From NCBI GenBank assembly GCA_018304465.1, contig JAGVWC010000009.1, positions 1 through 64,000 on the forward strand: a stretch of 64,000 nt of DNA, in the 5' to 3' direction. The position numbers and the translations under genes are program-made. This document shows positions 26,246 to 35,379 of this stretch, one piece after another. The DNA is from Candidatus Iainarchaeum sp. Its GTDB lineage: Archaea > Iainarchaeota > Iainarchaeia > Iainarchaeales > JAGVWC01. The stretch's first letter is position 1, and each line of letters starts with the position of its first letter. The notes under the pieces are model-generated. The model saw only the letters and a program-made list of their open reading frames with translations. It had not been told where the DNA came from and ran no database searches.

Positions 26246-28015
26246 ATGAAGATTTTAGGATTGTATGACGGTCATAATGCGACGGCTGTTCTTTTGGAGG
26301 ATGGAAAAATTCTGGCGGCTGTCGAAGAAGAGCGGCTTTCGCGAATTAAATTTCACGATGGACGGTATGATGGTCCTCCGCATGCTTGTATCAACGAAGT
26401 ATTTCGTCTAACCAACACGCATCCAAGCGAAATTGATATGATCGCGATCCCGTTACTAGACCCGATTTCGCTTACGGCTCGCGTGTGGGGAAATATCGCA
26501 AAATCAAAAAATCTTCACTGGGCATTTTTCTTTGCGAATAATTTTGGAAACTGGGGACCGTTATATTATTTTTCACCATTTGATTATCAGAATCGGCGCA
26601 AAAAAAACATTCTTCAACTGCTTAAAGATCATGGATTGCAAGACAAACCGATTTTTTGGAGCGAACATCACATGGCGCACTGTGCATCGGCGTATTACAC
26701 CTCGAATTTGTCGAGCGACGTGTTGGCAGTTTGTTTTGATGGAAAAGGAGATGGGTTATCGGGACAAGCGTGCCTTGGAAGCGAAGGACGGTTGAAAGTG
26801 TTGGATCAAACGATCGAGTATCATTCTATCGGTTTGCTGTATTCGGCGATTACCGAATATTTGGGTTTTCGGCCCTTGCGACACGAAGGAAAAATAACGG
26901 GTCTTGCTGCGTTTGCCGATTGGAATAACCCGGCCTACGATATTTTGAAACAATACGCGTCGTTTAATTCGGGCGCAGTCCGTTTGAATGCCATTGAGAA
27001 ATTACCGGTCAAGCCATACCCGTGGCTTTCCACGCGCGATTTATTACCGAAAATTCGTCGGGATTTTGACGGAAAAAATATTCCGCGCGAACAGATTGCG
27101 TCCGCGGTTCAAAAAGTATGCGAAGACTTGATCGTGAAATATATTTCATATTGGATTAACAAAACCGGCGTCACAGACCTTGCCTTGTCAGGAGGGGTTT
27201 TTTCCAATGTAAAGATTAACCAGCGTATCATGGAGATCCCCAAAGTCAGCAGTATTTTTATTCATCCTGCGATGGGGGACGCGGGGCTTGCGGCCGGAGC
27301 TGCGTTTTTATGCCAAGCGTCTTCCGAAGGTCTTAAACCATTTGAATTAACCGATGTGTATTTCGGAATGGGGTATTCTAAAGCCGAGATTGAACACGAG
27401 ATTTCAAAATATAAAGGAATCGAGTATTATGAACCGGCAAACATTGCCAAAGAAACAGGTCAGATGATTGCGGATGGAAAAGTAGTTGCTCGTTTTGATG
27501 GACGAATGGAATATGGTCCAAGGGCGCTCGGAAACCGCACAATCATGTATGACCCGCAGGATCCGCAAGTCAATAAGTGGCTAAATGATCGATTAAACCG
27601 AACAGAGTTCATGCCGTTTGCACCTGTTGCATTGGAAGAGCATGCCGAAGAGCTCTATTTCGGGTTGGAAAAAGCCCGATATCCGGCGCGATTCATGACG
27701 ATTTCATTGGATACCACGCCGTTTGCCAAACAAAAAGCGGCGGCAGTCACCCATGTGGACGGAACCGCACGACCGCAGTTGATTAAGGAATCGTATAATC
27801 CGACGTATTATCGTATTCTGAAAGCGTTTTACTCCAATACCGGCATTCCATGTTGTGTGAACACAAGTTTTAATATGCATGAAGAACCGATTGTGGGGTC
27901 TCCTTATGATGCGGTGCGATCGTTTTTAATGGGTCGGCTCGATGTATTGTCCATTGGCGACTTTATGGTTACCATGAACAGTAACGAAAAAAGGGCGAAA
28001 AGAGTTTCCGAATGA
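26246..28015 (+). CDS. carbamoyltransferase (NodU/CmcH family)
   Basis: AAVEEERLSRIK, EHHMAH, DGKGD, EGKITGLA, EYGPRALGNR, FMPFAP, HVDGTAR and NTSFN motifs. Confidence 0.95.
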   Translation: MKILGLYDGHNATAVLLEDGKILAAVEEERLSRIKFHDGRYDGPPHACINEVFRLTNTHPSEIDMIAIPLLDPISLTARVWGNIAKSKNLHWAFFFANNFGNWGPLYYFSPFDYQNRRKKNILQLLKDHGLQDKPIFWSEHHMAHCASAYYTSNLSSDVLAVCFDGKGDGLSGQACLGSEGRLKVLDQTIEYHSIGLLYSAITEYLGFRPLRHEGKITGLAAFADWNNPAYDILKQYASFNSGAVRLNAIEKLPVKPYPWLSTRDLLPKIRRDFDGKNIPREQIASAVQKVCEDLIVKYISYWINKTGVTDLALSGGVFSNVKINQRIMEIPKVSSIFIHPAMGDAGLAAGAAFLCQASSEGLKPFELTDVYFGMGYSKAEIEHEISKYKGIEYYEPANIAKETGQMIADGKVVARFDGRMEYGPRALGNRTIMYDPQDPQVNKWLNDRLNRTEFMPFAPVALEEHAEELYFGLEKARYPARFMTISLDTTPFAKQKAAAVTHVDGTARPQLIKESYNPTYYRILKAFYSNTGIPCCVNTSFNMHEEPIVGSPYDAVRSFLMGRLDVLSIGDFMVTMNSNEKRAKRVSE

Positions 28016-29316
28016 ATTCTTTTTCAATCCACACGTACTTTAAGCGAACTTTGTTGGTGTACGGGGACCGTTTGTTAACCGTAGCGATTGGTTTTTTGTC
28101 GGTTTGGTTGCTAGCGAATTTTTTGGGTCCTGCTGAGTATGGAGTGTATGCTTTTTTGCTTGATTTTTTGGCCACCGGCACTTTGTTGTTGGGAATCAAC
28201 GCATTTGCTGAAAGTTTGATTGTTTTCATTGCCAAGGAACGAAATCTTTCCCTTGCGCACGTTTTATTGACCACGGGTCTTGTGCTGGGATTGTTTTTTT
28301 CGGGTGTAATTTTTTTCTTTCCCTCGTTTGTTCTTTCCCTGGTTAACCAAGGAAGCCCTGAGCTTATCAAAGCACTTTCATTGGTTGTTTTTTTTAACAT
28401 CACGGAGTTTTTGTTGATTAATGCCTTGACAGGAAGTCAACACTTTGGAAAAATCCTCAAAATGAGTTTTTTGGAAAACACGTTTAATATCGTGTTCTTG
28501 GGAATTTTTTTGTTTCATTTTCAATTAGGGGTTATGGGAGCCGTGTATGCCAAAACAATTTCGTTACTTGTATCCAGCGTTGTTGGGTATTGGTTTTTTC
28601 GTCATGTGGGATTACTCAAAAAAAACATTGTTTGGAAACCAGTGCTTAAGTTCACAGGTTATTCGCTTTTGCTTGGTTTCATGAAGCGTTTTTCAGCACA
28701 AACGCTTCTTTTTTTTATGGGGTTATTGATTTCTCCGGTAAAACTCGGTTTTTATTATTTGATTCAAAAGATCAGTACCTATTTGATTGATATGCCCGTG
28801 AATGCGTTTAATACCGTGCTGTTGCCCACCGCAGCCGAGCAGAATCAGGATATAGAACAAGTGGAAAAATTCGTTTCCATGAGTACGAAGTTTTATGTGA
28901 TTCTTTCGTTTGCATTTGCCGCTGCTTTTTTGGTTTTTGGACCTTTGTTTGTCACAATTTTTTTTCCTGAATTTTTACCCGCAATTGAACTCGTACCGTT
29001 GTTTGCCATTTACTTTGCATTAACGTTTGATATTCCATTGGGAACTTTTTACCGCGCGATTATGCGAAACGAGGTATTGGTTCAGGCGAACCTTATCGGA
29101 TTAGTGATCATGGTGGTAGCGGGTTATTGGGCGATTCAATCCTTTGGTTTGGAGGGGGTTGTAGGATTAATGGTTATCACGCGCACCGTGCAACTAATTT
29201 ATTTGTATTGGGATGTGAGGCGTCATCAATACAAAATTGAGTTTTGGCCGCGGTTACACGACATTATTTTTTTCTGGAATTCAGCCAAACGAGTGATTTG
29301 GAACAAAAAAAAATAA
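28012..29316 (+). CDS. oligosaccharide flippase (Wzx/MOP family)
   Basis: About 12 hydrophobic segments; LANFLGPAEYGVY, LGVMGAVYA and LGFYYL motifs. Confidence 0.85.
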   Translation: MNSFSIHTYFKRTLLVYGDRLLTVAIGFLSVWLLANFLGPAEYGVYAFLLDFLATGTLLLGINAFAESLIVFIAKERNLSLAHVLLTTGLVLGLFFSGVIFFFPSFVLSLVNQGSPELIKALSLVVFFNITEFLLINALTGSQHFGKILKMSFLENTFNIVFLGIFLFHFQLGVMGAVYAKTISLLVSSVVGYWFFRHVGLLKKNIVWKPVLKFTGYSLLLGFMKRFSAQTLLFFMGLLISPVKLGFYYLIQKISTYLIDMPVNAFNTVLLPTAAEQNQDIEQVEKFVSMSTKFYVILSFAFAAAFLVFGPLFVTIFFPEFLPAIELVPLFAIYFALTFDIPLGTFYRAIMRNEVLVQANLIGLVIMVVAGYWAIQSFGLEGVVGLMVITRTVQLIYLYWDVRRHQYKIEFWPRLHDIIFFWNSAKRVIWNKKK

Positions 29317-29317
29317 T

Positions 29318-30469
29318 TCATTTCTTCTTTTGAACGAGTTTCAAAAAGATTTGTTCGGCTCGGGCATTAAACAAGTCACGCTCGAATCTCCGAATCGCTA
29401 GCTGTCGAAAAAAATCGCGTTTTTTCGAATCAAACGCGTGTCTTCGAGCGGTTTTTACTTGGGCTGCGAAATCCTCCCATGTGGTGGTGTAAAAAGGGAG
29501 ATTGTTTTCGGAAAAAAGGGTGGCCAGGGCTCCCAAAGAAGGGCCTTTGGCTACGGGAGTCAAACCGCAGGCGGTATAATCATAGGTTTTGACGGGAATG
29601 CAGTAATCCAGTTGGTGTGGAACCGTAACAAATCCAAGGTCGGCGGCCGAAAAGTATCCGGAAAGGCCTTCGAAAGGAATTTTGCTGGCGTTCACAAACA
29701 AAACATGGGGGGATATTTTTTTTTCAGCGCAGATTTTTCGTAATTTTTCGACTTCGAGTTCTTGTTTTTGGGTAAACGGGATTAAAAATAAGAGAAAAAA
29801 ATCCGGGTCGGCGAGTTGGAAAGAAACGGATTCAATGAGTTGATCCACGTCCCAATCGACAAAGGATCCGGAATAAATCGCAAGAACTGCTTTTTTTGGA
29901 ATTTTGAGATTTTCTCGGATTTTTTCTCGAAGTGTGGGATCGAATTGAAAGAGTTGAACCGAAGTACCGTTTTCAATTAAGGCAATTTTTTCGGGAGAAA
30001 CATTCGCATCCGACAATACATGCGATTGAATGACCGGGGTGACGACAAAGATTCGATCGGATAGGTGATACGAAACTTTTTCGATGAATTGATACAAAAG
30101 AAATTTGGGGTCGTAGGGTTTGTAGACTTTTAATTGTTGGGCCGCATAGGTCCAAGGGTCGCGTAAATCCAATACAAAGGGTTTTGCAGATAATTTAGCC
30201 GCAAGTAATGCCACAAAGGAATGCACCATGGGGGGCGAGGTTCCCAATATCAAATCGAATTTTTCACGTCGGATAATCGAAAACAGTTCAGAAATATGGG
30301 AATAGCGTCTGGTTTTTTCGTTGGATTCAATGCCGGGACGTTTTGGAGCGAGTACCGTAACGGTGTGGCCATGAGAAGTTAAGAATCGTTGGTAGGCATT
30401 CATTCGAAGGACACAGGCGCCGAGTTCGGGGTCTGCAAACGGGGCAACCAAACAAATGTGCATTCGCAT
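29318..30469 (-). CDS. GT4 glycosyltransferase
   Basis: TSPP, VLDLRDPW, IENG and PVKTYDYTACG motifs; ATG at 30469. Confidence 0.87.
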   Translation of the reverse strand: MRMHICLVAPFADPELGACVLRMNAYQRFLTSHGHTVTVLAPKRPGIESNEKTRRYSHISELFSIIRREKFDLILGTSPPMVHSFVALLAAKLSAKPFVLDLRDPWTYAAQQLKVYKPYDPKFLLYQFIEKVSYHLSDRIFVVTPVIQSHVLSDANVSPEKIALIENGTSVQLFQFDPTLREKIRENLKIPKKAVLAIYSGSFVDWDVDQLIESVSFQLADPDFFLLFLIPFTQKQELEVEKLRKICAEKKISPHVLFVNASKIPFEGLSGYFSAADLGFVTVPHQLDYCIPVKTYDYTACGLTPVAKGPSLGALATLFSENNLPFYTTTWEDFAAQVKTARRHAFDSKKRDFFRQLAIRRFERDLFNARAEQIFLKLVQKKK

Positions 30470-30479
30470 TCTCCAAAAA

Positions 30480-31811
30480 TCACAATCCGACCGATTGGTA
30501 TTTTTTTTCACTATTGCCAAATACGGGATTGTTTTTGTCAAAGAGCCGCCAGGTATCAAAAAATATGCCGCGGGGGGTCATTAATGGAATCAAATCTTGC
30601 AAAGGAATTTGTTGGTAACGTTTGGTGCTGGTGCAAAAGCAAACCGCGGATGCGTTTTTGAATCCTTCCGAAAGCGCTGTGGGAGTAACACCGAGGGATT
30701 TTATTTTTTCGAAAGGAACCAAGAAATCGTGTCCATATAGGTTATGATACCCCATTGTTTGGAATGCTTGCACAAGTTCGATAGTGGGGGAGTCTCGTAT
30801 ATCATCGGTTTCAGGTTCTCCTTTGAATGCAAATCCAAGCAAAAATATTTTTTTGGATGGATCGTTGAGTTCACTTGCGATTCGTTTTGCAACATGTCGA
30901 GGAAGATTTTCGTTAATTTGTCGAGCGGTTTTAATTAATCCAAGTTCAATCCCGTTTTTTTTTCCAACGTCAATCAAGATGTGAGGATCTTTTCGAAGAC
31001 AAAATCCACCAACGAATCCTCCACGGGGAACTTTTGAGGCACTAAATCCCGGAGACGGGATTGCTGAGCGAGAGTATTTGTAATTGGCCGCATGAATAAT
31101 TTCATTCGCATCCAGGGACTGTTTTTCACAGATATGCGATATTTCATTGGCAAATGCAAATGTCGTGTCGCGCCAGGAATTGTTGAGTAGTTTGACCATT
31201 TCAGCGGATTCTAATGACGAGAGCACGACGGTTTCCGTGGTGATTTTTGAAAAAAGTTCGACGGCTTTTTGAGCGCTTTCTGAGTCATACCCGCCGATGA
31301 TTTGGGGCAGTTCCTGGGATTCTTGCAGCGCTTTTCCTTCAATGGTGCGTTCAGGACAAAACGCCAAAAAAAACTTTTTTCCGGTTTTTTTCAAAATAGG
31401 ATACACAATGTTTCGCGTGGTCCCAACCGAAACCGTGCTTCGAAGGACCACAAGGCAGTTGTTTTCGATTTTTTGGGCTACTTGCTGGGTTGCGGTTTTA
31501 ATCTGGTCCAAAACGGGTAAATTGGTGGTTTTATCGATCGGAGTCCCCACGGTAATGACATACGCGTCCATAACTTGAGTGGGAACGGAGTTTGAAAAAG
31601 TTAAGGATCTGCCTTGATGTTTTTGAAGCGCTTCGGGAAGTCCAGCTTCAAAAAAGTGGGGTTTTCCGCTTTTTAATTGCTTTAATGTTTCGGGGTTGGT
31701 TTCCACCCCCACAATGCGAGGAATGTCTTTTTCGGCCATGACGACCGAGAGCGTTAGACCCACAAATCCCATTCCAATGACACAAACGGACTTCAATTCG
31801 ATCACAGACAA
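30480..31811 (-). CDS. UDP-HexNAc 6-dehydrogenase (WecC-like)
   Basis: IGMGFVGL, TVGTP, FCPERTIEG, AEMVKL, GGFCLRKD and AFKGEPETDDIRDSP motifs. Confidence 0.9.
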   Translation of the reverse strand: MSVIELKSVCVIGMGFVGLTLSVVMAEKDIPRIVGVETNPETLKQLKSGKPHFFEAGLPEALQKHQGRSLTFSNSVPTQVMDAYVITVGTPIDKTTNLPVLDQIKTATQQVAQKIENNCLVVLRSTVSVGTTRNIVYPILKKTGKKFFLAFCPERTIEGKALQESQELPQIIGGYDSESAQKAVELFSKITTETVVLSSLESAEMVKLLNNSWRDTTFAFANEISHICEKQSLDANEIIHAANYKYSRSAIPSPGFSASKVPRGGFVGGFCLRKDPHILIDVGKKNGIELGLIKTARQINENLPRHVAKRIASELNDPSKKIFLLGFAFKGEPETDDIRDSPTIELVQAFQTMGYHNLYGHDFLVPFEKIKSLGVTPTALSEGFKNASAVCFCTSTKRYQQIPLQDLIPLMTPRGIFFDTWRLFDKNNPVFGNSEKKYQSVGL

Positions 31812-31855
31812 TAAATCTTGGTTTTAGCGATTTTAAATGGTTTTGGTATAACCCT

Positions 31856-32653
31856 TCACAAAGGGGTTGGCCGGGCTAAATAATTGTTCGAATTACAGGG
31901 GGTAATTGAATAACCTTGTTTTTCCAAAAACGAGGCAACGGATTGATAGTGAGATTCTTCATTGGATTCAAAAAAAATCGTGGGCCGGTGCTGGGATATG
32001 GTTTTTTGAGCGCCTTTTAGCACCGCGAGTTCCATTCCTTCGACATCAATTTTAATCAAAGAAATGGGGCTTGATAATCGCAAGTGGAAAAGGATGTCAT
32101 CTAAGGGTCGTACGGGTACTTCTTTGGATTGGGATAATTGTATTTTTTTTTCGTGTTCCATTAATTCTTTGCTTGAAGGGTCCGCCGTAGCCAGCGGAGA
32201 AAAGGCGTGTTCAAAAAAAATTGTTTTTTTTTCTTCTTTGTCCGAAAGTCCCATTTTAATAATCAATAATTGGTCCGAAACAGGCGAGTCAGAAAACGCG
32301 GTCTCTACAAGGTCTGCAACTGTCGGATTGATTTCAAACGCAATAGCGGGTTGATGCGTGGTGTTGACGTAAAAAGCAGAAAAAAAAGCGAGATTGGATC
32401 CGATATCAAGAAAAGTTCCTTGGGGAAGTGAAAAAAAATCAAATTCCGTAAACCACGAAGGACTGAAATCAGTCGCATGATCATGAAGAAAACCTAAAAA
32501 AGTGCGATGATGATTGACTGGGATCCAAAAGTGGGATTGGTACAGCTTTTGTTTTCGAAGGGATCCATTGGCGAGCAAGGCTGGAAGTTGAAACATCAAC
32601 AGGGCTTTGTCGGTAGCGGTGCGGGCATACGAAAGGTATTGAGAAATGGTCAT
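31856..32653 (-). CDS. FkbM family methyltransferase
   Basis: FLDIGSN, AFEINP and LIKIDVEGMELAVLKGA motifs. Confidence 0.92.
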   Translation of the reverse strand: MTISQYLSYARTATDKALLMFQLPALLANGSLRKQKLYQSHFWIPVNHHRTFLGFLHDHATDFSPSWFTEFDFFSLPQGTFLDIGSNLAFFSAFYVNTTHQPAIAFEINPTVADLVETAFSDSPVSDQLLIIKMGLSDKEEKKTIFFEHAFSPLATADPSSKELMEHEKKIQLSQSKEVPVRPLDDILFHLRLSSPISLIKIDVEGMELAVLKGAQKTISQHRPTIFFESNEESHYQSVASFLEKQGYSITPCNSNNYLARPTPL

Positions 32654-32675
32654 AACAGTTTTATCACCAGAGCAC

Positions 32676-33734
32676 CTAAAAAACCTTTTTTGAAAACCCG
32701 TTTTGACTCAAGTGGGTTTCAAGAAGCGTTTGGAGTTTTTCCTGAAAAGGTGTAAAGGAAAAAATTTTTTCGATTTCTAAAAACGAAGCCTGCGGGGGAG
32801 TCAGTGCATCGGTTACTGCTTTTTTGAAATTGGATAATTGAGGGTTTGTCACGACTTTACAGTAGGGGTGCGAAATTTCTTTTGCGATCCCAAACGGGGT
32901 GGTGACAACAGGCGTGTGAGTGGCTAATGACTCAATCGTAACAAACCCAAAACTTTCAAATCGGCTTGGAAACAAAACCACGTCAGCGGCCGCGTAGTAT
33001 TCTCCCAGCACAGCAGGAGATACTGGTTCGCGAGCATCAATCCATTTGGAAGTAGCTTTAGGGAAAGTAATTGAAATAAAGTGCCAGTCGGTTTCTTTGG
33101 CCAGTGCTTCGACACGATCAAATCCTTTGTAGTATTCCGGTCGCCCCACAAACAATACGATTCGTTCGTCTTCTTTTACCCCGATTTTCTTTCGGGCTTT
33201 TCGTTTGTCACGAGGATGAAAAAAATTGGAATCGGCAGGCGGATGAATTACTTGCGAATCCAATCTATAATCAGTTTTCAATAATTCTCGGCAAAAATTT
33301 GAATTGGAAACCAGAAGGTCAGCGTTTGAAAAACTTTTCTTTTCAAACCACGCATAGGCGTATTCACATCGAAGACGATTAAATCCCCACGGCATCGCGT
33401 TTTTGGCCAGCGATTTCCAGGTTCCATGCACGAGTCCGATTTTTAAAAAAGGTGTTTTTTTGGGAAGTGCCCATCCGTAAAGACCGTTGTAGAAAACGAC
33501 TTCAGGGTCAAGTTCGGCTAAACGCTCGTTCAGTTGATTAGCCACTATTTTGGCTTTGTAGGGTTCGGATAGAAAAGGCCATGAAATGGAATCCGAGAAC
33601 GGAGTAAAATAAATGGTTTGAAGGCCATCCAAGGCATTCGATAGCAACTGAGAATAGCGTTCGACACCCGCCGGCACGGATTCAAAGGGTTGACCGGTGA
33701 GTAGCACCGCAGAAAAGCGCTTTTTTGAAGACAT
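32676..33734 (-). CDS. GT4 glycosyltransferase
   Basis: AGVERY, FVGRPEYYKG and PSRFESFGFVTIESLA motifs. Confidence 0.9.
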   Translation of the reverse strand: MSSKKRFSAVLLTGQPFESVPAGVERYSQLLSNALDGLQTIYFTPFSDSISWPFLSEPYKAKIVANQLNERLAELDPEVVFYNGLYGWALPKKTPFLKIGLVHGTWKSLAKNAMPWGFNRLRCEYAYAWFEKKSFSNADLLVSNSNFCRELLKTDYRLDSQVIHPPADSNFFHPRDKRKARKKIGVKEDERIVLFVGRPEYYKGFDRVEALAKETDWHFISITFPKATSKWIDAREPVSPAVLGEYYAAADVVLFPSRFESFGFVTIESLATHTPVVTTPFGIAKEISHPYCKVVTNPQLSNFKKAVTDALTPPQASFLEIEKIFSFTPFQEKLQTLLETHLSQNGFSKKVF

Positions 33735-33962
33735 GGGGATATTCCTTTAGTTTGACCACAGCAAATCCAATAACTTCCACATAATTTAAGATGCTATAAA
33801 AGATCATTTCGTTTGAATAATAAAAGGCTTTTGGGTCAGCAAAAATCAGAATAAGAATAAAAGTATGATGGTTGTGTTTTTTATTGAAACTAAATAAGGA
33901 ATACTTCCGAAAAATAAATTTTAATTTGCATTTCTTCATGAATTGTTTCCAAAGTGTTGACA

Positions 33963-34745
33963 ATGGAATTCCATCATTTTAAACGAACGTTTCGAAAAAT
34001 AAAAAAGACCCCGTCTTCAATCATCGGGATGTTTTCGCCGCGAAAAATTTCAATGGCCGTTTCATATATGTTTGAAATGAGCGAATACGAATTTGTTCAT
34101 CGTTTGACCGGTTGTTCGGAAAAAAAATTTTTTCGTCTTTTGGAAGAACTGAATTCTCAGAAAAAATTTTTCAATGCATTGGATAAAAAGCATAAAAAAT
34201 ATCTCAAAGATTCGATTTGGGAGCGTTTTCAGCCGTGGTTTCGCATCCTGTACATATTGATTCGGATCCAAAAACCCGAAAAAATGGTGGAAACGGGAAC
34301 TTTTTCAGGTTTGTCCACTTCAATTATTTTGCTTGCGATGAAAAAAAATCGCGGGGGACATTTGTACTCAATCGACCTTCCGATTCGGAATCCCAAAAAG
34401 GCCAAAAAAGACTGGATTTTAGAACCGCTTCCACCGGGAACTCATCCGGGATTTGCTATTCCGAATGTGTTGCGTAGTCGATGGGAATTAATCGAAGGAG
34501 ACAGTGGAAAAAATTTGCCTAAGTTGCTGGAAAAACTGGGGGAAATCGAAATTTTTTTCCACGATTCGGATCATTCATATGACCATATGATGATGGAATT
34601 TGGAACGGCCTGGCCATACATTAAATCCCGCGGACTATTACTGGCGGACAATGTGGATTGGAACCAGTCATTTAAAGATTTTGGTAAAAAGGTCGGGCAC
34701 AAACAAAATCAAAAATTTGGTTTTGGCGGAATTCTGAAACACTAA
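33963..34745 (+). CDS. class I SAM methyltransferase (Methyltransf_24-like)
   Basis: VETGTFSGLST, LYSIDLP, IEGDS, FHDSDHSY and LADN motifs. Confidence 0.88.
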   Translation: MEFHHFKRTFRKIKKTPSSIIGMFSPRKISMAVSYMFEMSEYEFVHRLTGCSEKKFFRLLEELNSQKKFFNALDKKHKKYLKDSIWERFQPWFRILYILIRIQKPEKMVETGTFSGLSTSIILLAMKKNRGGHLYSIDLPIRNPKKAKKDWILEPLPPGTHPGFAIPNVLRSRWELIEGDSGKNLPKLLEKLGEIEIFFHDSDHSYDHMMMEFGTAWPYIKSRGLLLADNVDWNQSFKDFGKKVGHKQNQKFGFGGILKH

Positions 34746-34755
34746 TTTTTCATGA

Positions 34756-35103
34756 TTACAATATCAACACCATGGCCATTGCATACTGGACGTCATGGGA
34801 AAGCGAACAAAAGATTGTTCTTTTTTTGAGTCCTGTTTTGTGAATTCGGATGGATGGAGACCCGTTTCGTAGAACAACTTCAATTTGGTTCCATGGAATT
34901 TGGGCTTGAACGCATTTTCGGACCGCTTCTTTGGCGCAGAATCGAGCGGCAAAATGTTGTCCGGGAACCGATTGGGCATTGCAATACCGGATCTCGGCCG
35001 CTGTAAAGACGCGCTGATAAAATCGTTTGTTTTTTGAAAATGGCCGCTGTTTGAATCGTCGCACTTGCTCAAAATCGATTCCGATTCCCTTCGGCTTTTT
35101 CAT
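34756..35103 (-). CDS. acpS: holo-ACP synthase (4'-phosphopantetheinyl transferase)
   Basis: GIGID, FTAAEIRYC, FAARFCAKEAVRK and SLSHD motifs. Confidence 0.93.
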   Translation of the reverse strand: MKKPKGIGIDFEQVRRFKQRPFSKNKRFYQRVFTAAEIRYCNAQSVPGQHFAARFCAKEAVRKCVQAQIPWNQIEVVLRNGSPSIRIHKTGLKKRTIFCSLSHDVQYAMAMVLIL

Positions 35104-35154
35104 GCACAACACTTTGGACAAATTCTTTAAAACACTACGTTACAGCAATCTTTC

Positions 35155-35379
35155 ATGCTCGAAAAGATCGAGAGTATTATCGCAAAGATTTTCGGAGCCA
35201 AAAATCCGCTTTCGAGATCCACTGTTCTTTCTTCGATTCCGTCTTGGGATTCATTGAATGCATTATTGTTGATCAGTGAGATTGAACAGGCGTTTGGGGT
35301 TACTTTTTCGGACCAAGAAATTTTATCGATTAAAACGATTGGCGATATTGAAGATTGCATTCGAAAAAAGAAAAGCTAA
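35155..35379 (+). CDS. acyl carrier protein
   Basis: 74 aa with the WDSL phosphopantetheine motif, helix II LISEIEQAFGVTF and KTIGDI. Confidence 0.9.
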   Translation: MLEKIESIIAKIFGAKNPLSRSTVLSSIPSWDSLNALLLISEIEQAFGVTFSDQEILSIKTIGDIEDCIRKKKS

